DNA of 62,889 nucleotides, filler included, from Trichomonas gallinae (lineage: Eukaryota): NCBI GenBank assembly GCA_008369845.1. It is 8 parts of 8 records of this genome, joined end to end, with 100 filler letters (N's around TTAATTAATTAA, not from the genome) between each part and the next. Parts side by side here need not be neighbours in the genome. Positions count along the whole stretch, not along the records: positions 1 to 12,852 come from MRSU01001494.1; 7 more parts are not named here. The stretch is one strand, 5' to 3'. Shown here piece by piece: positions 1 to 10,900 of this stretch. The position numbers were made by a program, and so were the translations under genes. The notes under the pieces were generated by a model that saw only the letters and a program-made list of their open reading frames with translations, was not told the DNA's origin and did no database searches. Within the stretch, counting starts at the first letter, position 1. Each line of letters begins with the position of its first letter.

Positions 1-668
1 TACAATGCACCAAGGCATACCAACGCGAAAAAAACGAAATCCGTTAAATATTCAGGGACTTTCCCTAAGCCCCCATTTTTGCATTTTTGAGGCTTAACGT
101 ACAGTACGGTGCACCCTTAATTAAAAGAGCGGTAAAAAAGTGGCGCCTTTGAACCGCCGTCAAAATGACATGTAAAAACCTCAAAATGGAAATGAAAGTA
201 AACCACCCTTTTCATTATTTCATCAATTTATCATATGTACTATTTGAACAACATATTTTACCGACCCAATAGTAAAAATATCTGAAAAATTGCCATGTAA
301 AATTCCAAATCCGCTCTGTAAAATTATCTGATGTAAACAAATAATGACATGTAAATATAATAAAATGCCACGTAAATCATGTTATTGACATGTAAAAATA
401 TAAATCTGTTATGTAAAATTATCTAATAATAGATGTAAAATTTCGAAAAGGAATTTTTGAAATATTTTCGAGCTTTTTTTAGATAATTCGAGCTTGATTA
501 TGCACAATATTGATGATGCACCAGTTGCAAAAATCATTGGCTTAAGAAGCTATTCGATTCTCTATGATGGTGTTGCATAGAGTCTACTTCTCTGCAATCG
601 AGAAATATTAACATCAGAATTATTTTCTTGACACATAAGAATGATTTTTGACATGTAATATTTGGTAA

Positions 669-2126
669 ATGTCATTTTTTATGGAGGATCAATATAAAGA
701 GATTTTTTTAAATTACCAACGCACTGTATTACCAAATGACACAGATATAGATAATTCTATTGATGTATCGCAAGTTATGTGGAGTTATAATGATGTTGAT
801 AAGACAATTACAGAAATAGAAAATTTATCAATTAATTTCCAAAACATTGAATTTCTGAAACAAATGTTTTCGCATTTAGTCAGTCTTTGTGAAGGTTTAC
901 CACTATTAAAGCAAAGTGATTTAACTGAATATACTGAAGAAGGTGAAAACATAGAATTACGCATTCAAGAGTCGAGATTGATTGAAATAATCATGGAAGT
1001 AATTGATAATTTGTTTGAAAATGAAATACTGAGCAAAATTTATGAAGATCCAATATTTTTTCAAAATGAGATTGGTAAACTAATACTAAAATTAATATTC
1101 CAAAGCCATGTATTGAAGTTAAAGGTGTTTAACTCAGGATTATTTGATATTCTTGGTGAAAAATTCGAATTAATCTTTCCAGCATCAAGACTCAATTTCA
1201 TTCGTATTTTATTGGTAATATTCGATACAAAGAGAGATCCATTATTGTTTTCTCAATTATCAGCAATCAATAAATTAGTTCCTTTTTTCTTCGCAAATTT
1301 AGACATTGATGATGTTGATTTAAATATTGCAATTTCAGAAGTAATGTGTACTGTTTGTGAAAATTTCAATTTGTTAGACAATGAAATGAAAGGATTTGTT
1401 TTGGAATTTTTATCACATATGATTTATAGAGATGACAAAAGCTTGTTTGTTTATTTAGGGGAAGCTTTAATCAATTTACACTTATCAGAACAAGAATTAG
1501 AAACTCAAACAGCTTTAGATATTCAATTTGTTTATGATTTTATTCAACAAGGTCTACAGATGCATGAAAATATTCATATAATATTATATGTATTACGTAT
1601 TTCAATAATATTGATAAGCCAAGGCTGCTTGACTAAATTATTAAGAATAGCAAATTTTAGTGATTTCGAAAAATTCGTGAATCACGACGATAATAATATT
1701 GCCACAACTGCTATGAGCATATTTTCAATTTCTATCAAGTTACATCCTGGAATAGAAATGGAATTTTTAAATTCATCAATTTATACAACGATGCTTCAAG
1801 TTCTTGCTTACGGAAAATCGAACCTCAAGCTAAAAGCTTTCAGGCAGTTCTTTAGATCTCTTTTTAACACAAAAAATCCAAATCTTCAAATTTTAATCGA
1901 TGATGAGTTTTTAGAAATATTATTTGGAGTATTAGACATGGGCATTGATGAATATAGTTTCGTTGAATTCATAGAAATCTTAATGAATTATCCAGCATTC
2001 ATCGAAAAAGTCGTGAAGTGTGAAGATGCAAATATGATTGAAGATCTTTATATGGAGACCGATGATGAAGAGTTAAGCGTGAGGTTAAGAGTAATTCTTG
2101 ATACTTTATTCCCTCCAGAAAATTGA
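669..2126 (+). CDS. Hypothetical protein, probable ARM/HEAT-like alpha-solenoid
   Basis: 485-aa ATG-initiated ORF. Leu/Ile/Phe-rich amphipathic helices with an acidic C-terminal end (DDEELSVRLRVILDTLFP) like importin-alpha-type solenoids. The fold is inferred. Confidence 0.6.
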   Translation: MSFFMEDQYKEIFLNYQRTVLPNDTDIDNSIDVSQVMWSYNDVDKTITEIENLSINFQNIEFLKQMFSHLVSLCEGLPLLKQSDLTEYTEEGENIELRIQESRLIEIIMEVIDNLFENEILSKIYEDPIFFQNEIGKLILKLIFQSHVLKLKVFNSGLFDILGEKFELIFPASRLNFIRILLVIFDTKRDPLLFSQLSAINKLVPFFFANLDIDDVDLNIAISEVMCTVCENFNLLDNEMKGFVLEFLSHMIYRDDKSLFVYLGEALINLHLSEQELETQTALDIQFVYDFIQQGLQMHENIHIILYVLRISIILISQGCLTKLLRIANFSDFEKFVNHDDNNIATTAMSIFSISIKLHPGIEMEFLNSSIYTTMLQVLAYGKSNLKLKAFRQFFRSLFNTKNPNLQILIDDEFLEILFGVLDMGIDEYSFVEFIEILMNYPAFIEKVVKCEDANMIEDLYMETDDEELSVRLRVILDTLFPPEN

Positions 2127-2801
2127 TTTCGAAAATTATTCAATATGAATGCTGTATCATATTAGATTATATTTGTTGCTTCACTTCAAAACTTTTTTAC
2201 CATTTTCTAACAATAGATCTGAGATGCACTCTAAAGCTAAACTATTTCACGAACATATCAATTAGATTGTAGGCATTGAGTATTTTTGTTATTAAAAATC
2301 AATAAATCTTATGTTTTGTTATATAAAATAAAAATGTTATGTTGCTAATATCCATGATTTTTCTAAATTTATTCAAAATAAGGATATCTAATAAAATGGA
2401 ATACTGCATCATTATTCTAGGAAAAATTGAGCACAGATATATAAGATTAACATCTAACAAAAGGAAATTTAAAATTTTATTAAAAATTACGATATCTGAT
2501 AAAATGGAATAACACATCAATGTTCTATGAATAATTGAATATAGATATATATGATTAAGGGTCAAGTAAACGGAAAATTAAAAATTTGATTGAAAATATC
2601 GTATGTTATGCAAATGTTTAAATGAGAAAAGTGAATCATATAAGAAAATAGAAATATATAATAAAATAAAAAGCAAAAAAAGTGTAGTAGTTATAAAATG
2701 CAGGGGCTGCATCTCGTAAATCTCACTTTTTATTATTCAAAGATCATCCACTGTGTGACAATGGTGAGATAAATAAAAATAATTTGTTCGATATTTCATA
2801 T

Positions 2802-2810
2802 AAACGGTTT
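2802..2810 (+). promoter_or_regulatory. M3-like (Myb-recognition-like) core promoter element
   Basis: AAACGGTTT about 10 nt upstream of the MOB1 ATG, fitting the trichomonad M3 pattern DRCSGYTD. Confidence 0.5.
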
Positions 2811-2819
2811 GACACAAGG

Positions 2820-3467
2820 ATGAGCAGTTGGTTTAACAGCGGAGGTAACAAGCAGACATTTCGTCCTGTTAGGCGCCCTGGTACTAATCAGAGGCGCCCA
2901 GCTCTTCATCCTGATCAAATGGAAACTCTTGGCTATGGAGATTTTCATGAAGCAGTAAAACTCCCAGAAGGCGAAGATTTAAATGAATGGCTCGCAAATG
3001 GTGTCGTAGAACTTTGCACTCAGCTGGAAATTCTTTACAAAACAATCACCGAATTTTGCACTCCAGAAACATGTCCAACAATGAGCGCTGGTCAGGGCTT
3101 TAAATACCTCTGGTCTGATAACAATCAATATCAGAGGCCTACAGAAGTTTCTGCGCCGGAATATATCAATTTGCTCCTTGATTGGGTCAAAGCACAAATT
3201 AATAACGAAAATATTTTCCCAACTGGCAATGGAAAACCGTTTCCAGATAACTTCCAACAGATTATTAAAAACATAATGAAGCGCCTTTTCAGAATATACG
3301 CTCACTGTTATTGGCATCACATAGATAACTTTAAGCAGCTTGGCACTGATAGCCATCTTAATACATCATTCAAATATTTTATGTGCTTTACTTTGGAATT
3401 CAATTTAATCCCACAAGATCAATTAGAGCCATTAAGTGATCGGATTGAGTCGATTACAAGATCATAA
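2820..3467 (+). CDS. MOB1: Mob1/phocein family kinase activator
   Basis: Motifs VKLPEGEDLNEWLA, FCTPETCPTMSAG, YLWSD, SAPEYINLLLDW, KRLFRIYAHCYWHH and HLNTSFKYF. The first ATG is at 2820; the ORF-track start at 2784 is TTG. Confidence 0.95.
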   Translation: MSSWFNSGGNKQTFRPVRRPGTNQRRPALHPDQMETLGYGDFHEAVKLPEGEDLNEWLANGVVELCTQLEILYKTITEFCTPETCPTMSAGQGFKYLWSDNNQYQRPTEVSAPEYINLLLDWVKAQINNENIFPTGNGKPFPDNFQQIIKNIMKRLFRIYAHCYWHHIDNFKQLGTDSHLNTSFKYFMCFTLEFNLIPQDQLEPLSDRIESITRS

Positions 3468-4070
3468 ATACTATTTCCCCGAATGTTCCATTTTGTTCAA
3501 ATAACTTAACTTTTATTCAGATATCCACTATCAAATAAATTAATTAAAACATATGTTGTTATTGCATAACTCGTTTATATTTTACAGCTTTTTCTACAAT
3601 ATATTCTATCATATTATATAACATTTACACTGATTAATAATTTTTTTCCATAATAAAAATGGTTTTTGTTGATCAGGAAACCAAAATAATAACTAAACAT
3701 TTCTTTGGTATGTAAAAATGAGTTATTGGACTTGGCATTTCATATTAATAATTATTGAAATTTTTATCAAGTCAGAAATCATTAATTTGTTACTTAAATT
3801 CAAGCTACAAACATAATTTAATTGCATTTCTTCATTGAAATCACCATTCTTATGATTTAATTATCAAAATCAATTTTAATTATGTGAGTTAATTTGTGAA
3901 TTTTCTTAATTATAGCATTACCTGATTGACACAATGCTATAGTTGTACTATATTTGGTTCTTTCTGTAATTTTGGAACATTTCAATCAAAAAAAGTCTAT
4001 TACACTTTATTACAAAAGAAAAATCCAAACATAATGAGTATAAAAATAATATAAATACAGAGAAAGCACT

Positions 4071-4589
4071 TCATTCTTTCTGTTTTCCTTTTCTTAATGT
4101 AGGCTGCTTGATTTGAGGTGGATTGGCGATCATAAGTTTATAATTTGAGTATAATTTAACCTTCCTATTCACCTTTTGAAGTTTGAGAATCCACAAATCA
4201 GAATCTGTTCTTGGGATATTTTCGGACTTTCTTCTGAAGATCTGCTGTAACTCATTTGCAACCGCATAGTATGGTGACTCCAGTGGATTGTATGTCATTG
4301 CATTTTTCCATATTGTATCCATATCTTTTTTCCAATCTTCGATAGTTGTATATTGTTTTGCTTCCAATTTCTTTGAAACGGTGCCTAAATCCATCGGATA
4401 TGATGGTTTGATTCTAATTAAGTAGTTCGGAAGTCCATCCTTAATCGGATCAACTGGTCGTAAGAAGAAAGAAGCAATGGGGATTTTTTTGATTTTATTT
4501 GTAATATCTATAGCCCTCTGGTGCTCAATCTCCGTCATTGGTTGTTGAGAAAGAGTTGCATTAGAAGGAGATCGTTGCATATTTTTCAT
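4071..4589 (-). CDS. Bromodomain-containing protein
   Basis: FFLRPVDPIKDGLPNY, PMDLGTVSKKL and WKNAMTYNP, including the acetyl-lysine-binding Asn. Confidence 0.93.
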   Translation of the reverse strand: MKNMQRSPSNATLSQQPMTEIEHQRAIDITNKIKKIPIASFFLRPVDPIKDGLPNYLIRIKPSYPMDLGTVSKKLEAKQYTTIEDWKKDMDTIWKNAMTYNPLESPYYAVANELQQIFRRKSENIPRTDSDLWILKLQKVNRKVKLYSNYKLMIANPPQIKQPTLRKGKQKE

Positions 4590-4603
4590 AGATTTTTGAT
4601 TTT

Positions 4604-4611
4604 GTCACTTT
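4604..4611 (-). promoter_or_regulatory. AAAGTGAC upstream motif (trichomonad core-promoter motif)
   Basis: AAAGTGAC 15-22 nt upstream of the bromodomain ATG. The same motif lies just upstream of the ATGs at 12557 (12574-12581, minus) and 17636 (17595-17602, plus). Confidence 0.55.
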
Positions 4612-5220
4612 TTCATTCTTAATCAGAATCAATTTTTTTAGCAAAAAATAATATATATTTTCTCCTCTTTATCAAATTACCGCCAAACCATGACCAATAG
4701 ATACACATATCACTGAGGATCATGGCCTTTAATGATGACTTTCCCTGCCTTATGCCAGTTATAGATATAGTTTGGTTCATAGCAAAAGATATCTATTGAA
4801 AAAAAAAGTGACGAATCCATCATATTACATCCCGGGATATTCCATCCCAGTTTACAGCATCCTTAAAATACATATAAAATTTGAGCCGTATGAATATACC
4901 ACGCAATGATGTGTAAAAGTGTGGGCATTCAAAATGAATTTAATAAGATCGTTTATGAAGATGAATTTCTAGTTTGTGATCTATATGGTACATTTATATC
5001 TATACCCGAAGGAATATGCTTGGAAAATCAGGCGTTTACAAAGAGCACAATAGAATTATTCTGACTTTACATGTCAATTTTCATAATTTACAACTCATGA
5101 TGACTTTACATGTCAAATTTATCGCTAATTTGATTAGGATTTCCATACATTTCACATTTATATCATATTAATTCAATAGATGATGTATTCAAATCATTTT
5201 AAACTATTTCATAAATCTCA

Positions 5221-6489
5221 ATGAAACTCTTTCACAAGTTCATGGAAAAATACAATTTTTATACTGAAATTACAGATATATTGATGAATGTAACACCAAG
5301 CGAGAAGGATTCTTGTCTTTCGCATATTTTCGAAAAAATCAGCGAATTTAATCTTGATATCCAACCACTTTACAGTTTAATATCGGATATATGTGAATTC
5401 AACATTGCAAATATTCACGAATACTGGAACATTTACGATAAAATATATCAAAAAACAAAAATCATGCCACAAAATAACGTTGAAACTCGAATTCTAGAAG
5501 CGATTTTCGCCAAAAAATACCATATTAAAACGATTTGGGGAGGTAAATACCACTGGTGTGAAACAAAAGGTGATGATGAAATATTAAAATATTATGAATC
5601 AGATCCAATCATGCTTTGCTTAATACATGATGATATAAAGTCTTTGAAAGAGATAATTAATAATTCTGAAAATTTTAATTTTGAAATGCAAATATTTGAT
5701 AAATCACTGATCGAAAATGCATGTTTTTGTGGTGCTTTGCAATGTTTTAGATTTCTGAGGAGCAATAATATCGAAATATCCAAGAAGTGCTTGGATTATA
5801 GCATTGACGGTAGAAATCAAGCAATATTAGATGAATGTCTTCAATATATTCAACCAGACTCGAAAACAATGTCTAATGCCATCAAGAATCATTTTATTAG
5901 GATGGTTATATTCATCCATGAGAAATATAATATCGAGATTCCACTGACTGAAGTTTGCTCTCATCTTGATTTCCCTGTTTTTCTTTATTTGTTGTCTTCA
6001 TCTGATGACTATGGATTGTTCTTATTAGAATCAGTTAGATTTGGAATACCTTCTCTCATCGATGATCTCCTTTCACTCGGAGCGAAAATTGACTACCAAA
6101 ATAAAACTTGGAAAACACCATTAATTCTTGCAGTAGAATTGAATCGTGTTCAGATTCTCATAAAATTGGTTGAACGCGGTGCTGATATAAATTCGAAGAA
6201 TCAAAATGAAAGAACACTTCTGAGTATTGCTGTTGCTTACAACAGCTTAGAAGCAATCTCCAAATTGGTTGAACTTGGTCTTGATGTAAATTCTAAAGAT
6301 AAACATGGTATAACGGCATTGATGTGCGCCGCAATAGATAATAACATTGAAGCAGCAGAAAAATTAGTAAAACTTGGAGCTGATGTCAATGCCAAGGATA
6401 ATAATGGCAAAACTGCAATGAATTATGCCAAAATTAACCACAACACTGAGTTTGCTACAAAATTATTTGTTTGGGGTGCTGATGACTAA
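5221..6489 (+). CDS. Ankyrin repeat protein with DUF3447-like domain
   Basis: ACFCGALQCFRFL / CLDYSIDGRN DUF3447-like region, then ankyrin repeats (KTPLILAVELN, GADINSKN, GITALMCAA, GADVNAKDNNGKTAM). Confidence 0.9.
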   Translation: MKLFHKFMEKYNFYTEITDILMNVTPSEKDSCLSHIFEKISEFNLDIQPLYSLISDICEFNIANIHEYWNIYDKIYQKTKIMPQNNVETRILEAIFAKKYHIKTIWGGKYHWCETKGDDEILKYYESDPIMLCLIHDDIKSLKEIINNSENFNFEMQIFDKSLIENACFCGALQCFRFLRSNNIEISKKCLDYSIDGRNQAILDECLQYIQPDSKTMSNAIKNHFIRMVIFIHEKYNIEIPLTEVCSHLDFPVFLYLLSSSDDYGLFLLESVRFGIPSLIDDLLSLGAKIDYQNKTWKTPLILAVELNRVQILIKLVERGADINSKNQNERTLLSIAVAYNSLEAISKLVELGLDVNSKDKHGITALMCAAIDNNIEAAEKLVKLGADVNAKDNNGKTAMNYAKINHNTEFATKLFVWGADD

Positions 6490-6885
6490 AATCAAAATTT
6501 TCTCTCAAAAGGAGTTTAAGGAAAAAAGAATGAAACTAATATTTCATGCTTTAGAATATTTTGATGTAGAATTTTGACTAATAAAATATTAAATATATCA
6601 CTTATAATTGAGAAAAATAATATGATTTCACAGATAAAAATGCTATATTTGAAAAATTAAACGTGTATTAATACCCTTCAATTGATAATATTGTAAATTC
6701 CAAGCTAAAAATGAATTTCTATATAAATTGTAATTTTGAATGAAGCTGTTATTAAAAGTGTTGATGTATATTATTTCTAGCATTATTCTATGTCAGAGCT
6801 TATGTAATTGCTCTCTTAAATTCAAATAACTTATTTTGTCAATCGAATAATGAAAGATATCAAAATTTGAATGATAGAATAAGTT

Positions 6886-7515
6886 TTATTGTTTGAGTAA
6901 ATCTTCTAATGCCTGCCTAAGCGTGTATTCTTCAGTTATTTGGATCCCTTTCATTCCAATTTCGATTGCATTAGCAACATTTGTTTTGGAATCATCGAGT
7001 AATATGCAGTCCTTTGGATCTGCGTGTGCACAAGCTGCATGATATTTAAGATTTCCAGGTATTTGTTTTAAATGGAATTCTCCATCATTTCCGTATGTAT
7101 CTCTTATATCTATGCATTTAAAACATGTAGAGTCGAGTCTTCTGCCAAAACGATGATAAAATATATTATCCGCATGAACAACAGAGTTATTTGTAGCGAC
7201 AAAAGTATTGTATTTCTTTGAAATCCTTTCAAATAGTTGATAAAGACTGTCATCTCGTTCAACTAATGAATAATCAACTTTCTTGAAAATATCGACACAA
7301 ATTTCATCATATTTCTTCAGATCTCCTTTTACAATGCGTAAAATCCATGTGAAACAATTGAAAATTCCAATATTTCTAACATTTTCAATTTCTTTTTTCG
7401 AATATCCATGTTCTAAAGCAGTTTGCTCTGTATATGCAATAATTTTTGCTTGTGGTGTCCAGTTAAATGGATAAATAACATCATCTAAATCAATCAAAAG
7501 TGTGAGTTTATTCAT
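6886..7515 (-). CDS. HAD-superfamily hydrolase (pyrimidine 5'-nucleotidase/SDT1-like)
   Basis: Motif I LLIDLDDVIY, motif II VATNN, motif IV CILLDDSKTNVANAIEIGMKGI. Confidence 0.85.
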   Translation of the reverse strand: MNKLTLLIDLDDVIYPFNWTPQAKIIAYTEQTALEHGYSKKEIENVRNIGIFNCFTWILRIVKGDLKKYDEICVDIFKKVDYSLVERDDSLYQLFERISKKYNTFVATNNSVVHADNIFYHRFGRRLDSTCFKCIDIRDTYGNDGEFHLKQIPGNLKYHAACAHADPKDCILLDDSKTNVANAIEIGMKGIQITEEYTLRQALEDLLKQ

Positions 7516-7996
7516 CCATCAAGGAACAAATATAAAAAATGAACATGTTGTTAGGTGATTAAATAATATTCTGTATATTTATCGCAAAATTTCGTATAAA
7601 AAGCTTCATTATAGCAAAATTAAATAATGAAAATATAATATTGTCTTTATTGACTCAAAAATTTCAAATTATGCTATTTAATATATAATATCCAAAATAA
7701 CACATTATTTATTTTTTGAATTTATTATAAATATAAATCAAAAAATAATAATTAAAGAAAAATCATGGAAAAATTTTTAATATAAGAATTTTGATCAAAT
7801 TCAGGAAGTTAAAAATAACATGTTTATTAGTCAAATACGTCAAATCTCAATAATTAATGGGAAAATGCTCAATTTTTTGATATACAATATTTGTTATTAC
7901 TCCGAAAAGCTTAAATTTTGTATGAAATCTGGAAATCGGGTCAGATGTGTTGTATATTTGCAATTTAACGATTGTTTGTTAGCAAAAAAGTAAAAA

Positions 7997-10900
7997 ATGT
8001 TGTTTGACGATGAAGCTTATTGCCTTCCTGCAACAACGAATGAGCGTGGCGAAATCGATTGTTTGCATCCCAAGGCAAACCACCAGCCGGATTTGGTGGA
8101 TGAATTCTATAGGCAAGAGTTAACAGATGATGATTACAAAGAATTAATGCGAGAAATCTACAAATTATCACCACTAGGATGGGCAAATAGGCAAGTTATT
8201 TGCTATGCTACGCGTGCTATCGTCCGTTTCGAAAAGAGAAATCATCAAAGATGTATTATCGCAATTACACCTCACTATTTCATCGCTTTAGAAGAAAACA
8301 AGCAAAAAACAGCGCCTCCACAAGATAAAAAGCAAAAAGGACCGCCTCCAAAGCCAACAAAATACGTTAGACTTTGTTTCTTCCACGTTTTGCATATCAA
8401 GAAGATGTACTTCGGTACCAACTACCAGAGCGTTCGTTTCTTCATGATTAGACTCGTTTCTTTAATAGATCCAAAAACGAAACAAAAATACAAACCGAAA
8501 GTCACAATAGAAGCGAATAACGTTTTAGCTTTCGCATACAATACGATTCGTAACCATTGTCTTGCTCATTCTACATCATATGCACTAAATTATATGGAAA
8601 TGCCTGAAGAATTGCGTCTTGATCCAGAAACAGACCATCCTGAGCTATTTCCACGCTTTGATGCTCGCCTTTCTCCATCAGAAATGTTCCAATTCTCATA
8701 TTTTGCAATATGCTCAAATGAAAAACAGAAATATGTTCATGATGTTGTAAGATATTTCCACCACCAAGTTATTAATCACAATGGTATATTCAACGTCGGC
8801 CATCTTCCATTCAGATTTTACCCAGAAAGATCTCGCTCACATTCTGAGTTAATTCCAATCTTCCGTGCGCTTATTTACATTCCTTATATGTTCGGTATCG
8901 TCTGCCATCGCTTTGAAAGACCAGATGTTTTGTATGCAATTTCATTCCAATTAAGAAAGACAAGAGCACTCAGATTTTTGTATTTATCTGACTGTGGAGC
9001 CACAAATGGTCTGAGTGAAGTATCCAGAGCTCTCGATAAGAATCCAGATGCTCCAATCGAATATATCGATTTCTCTAAGAACAGATTCACAGACTTTGTT
9101 GGCTTCTTCAATTATCTATTTAAGAACCGCAAGATTCCTATCTGGTATTTGAACTTCAATTACTGCGGAATGACTGATTACAACGTTATCGAATTATTCA
9201 CTTCTCTCCAAAACAACGAATGCTCATGGGGAGTCAAATATCTGCACATTGCCGGCTCAGAGGTACTCGATGAATCAATCAAACGCATGGAAGGTTACCT
9301 CAGCGCTGTCACAAAAACAGGTAAACAGTCTTTAATCAGTTTAGACATCAGCGACGTTAAACAGAACGTCAACAAGATTCTCTTCTTGCTCAAGATATAT
9401 CCTATGCCTCTCCGCGCTCTTTATCTCGCGAACGACCAGCTCGATAAATCAACATACGAATTGTTATGCTACATCATTGAGAACTCGCATTCTCTGAGTA
9501 TATTAGATATCTCTAACACAGGCTTAAACGCGGAACAAGTCGCCAACATCATCTGCTTGATGTCGAACAGGCCTAAATACCTACAGCTGCACATCTTCAT
9601 AAACAAGTTGAACTTGAATGGAACGAATTTAATTGCTGTTGTTAAAGGCTTCTTGAATGGCGACATAACACAATGGCGTAAGATCTTCATGGAGTCAAAC
9701 AACATGTCAGTACCAGATCTACAGCTATTGACAGCTCTGTTCACGAGGATGCCGAACTTGAAGGAATTATCTCTTTCAGACAACTTCGACAATTCGATGG
9801 ACGGAATCGATTATGAGTTGCCTGATATACTGAGAATTCGCAATCTCGAAATCCTCCACATTGGCGGCGGAAAGAATAAGTTTCTTGGCCTTAAAATCCT
9901 GCCATTGCTGTTCGCTATTGGACTTTCATACGAGATTAGATCATATATCGGTGGATATCCAGCGCGAGAGAACATTCCACCACTCAACCAGATGAAAGAC
10001 ACAGTTGCTGATATTCTTGAAGCATTCCTTGACACTCCAAACTTATGTCCAACAAGTTCTGTTGAAGATGTCGACGAGTTGAAGGAGAGAGTCGGAGAAA
10101 TGGTCATTCCTTATTTGATAGCACAGAGCGCATTAGCTGCTTCCGCGGATTTAGTTGCTTCTCCCCAAGGAAAGATGGAAATGATGAAGAGATTGATGCC
10201 GCTTTTGATGTTAATTGCTGAAAAGCACAAATTCTCAGACAAAAGCCAGCAATACACGAAGTTCTTTGGTGCTCACGTTCTCCCGATGATCAACTTCGCA
10301 CACGACCACTTCAAAGACCCGAAGTTGACAGAGCAATTAAGTGAAAAACTTCCTGAAATGGTAAATCAAGCAAGCAAACTTTGCGCCTTAAGACAGCTCG
10401 ACATAAAGAACAACAAGATCAGCGACATTGGCGTCAAAGCTGTCATTGAATTGTTCACTTTCAACACTGAGCTAAGAAATGTTGACATCGATGGATCAAA
10501 GATCACAACGATTACATTGATGTCAGATTTTGTCACTGCTTGCGAGAAGAACGTGAATTTAACTCGCCAGCAATTCCCACTCAATGACGCGAAACGCATT
10601 GTTCGCACGGCAAAGGTTAACGTGGAAGAAGTCGTCGAGAGAGAACTTGCTTATTCGCAGTACAGACTCAGCAGGGCAGTCGACGCTCATCGTGCAAGGG
10701 TCGGCGAATTCACTGACCTTCCATTCGACATCTTCCCTGAACTAGAGAAATTAATCGAAAGGCGAATGGAAGATATTGTTAAGTATCTACCATCAAACAT
10801 CTTGAGAGATCACAGCGGTGTCGTTGAAGAGTTTAAGCTGATGCTTCCTTATCTCGATGAAGATGGAGCTGACAACACTCTTCCTGACACATATAGAGTC

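Noticed and set aside
2299..2565. 88-aa ORF, and similar ORFs at 13073, 16988, 48575, 59118, 59131, 61364 and 61578
   Set aside because: They are short, mostly I/L/F/K-rich translations of AT-rich intergenic or repeat DNA, often with non-ATG starts and no motifs.
4681..5064. Possible snoRNA (ATGATGA at about 4732, weak hairpins) or a 52-aa ORF at 4906-5064
   Set aside because: There is no properly placed CTGA box D or convincing ACA box, and the peptide has no recognisable motif. It may be a decayed gene but cannot be supported.
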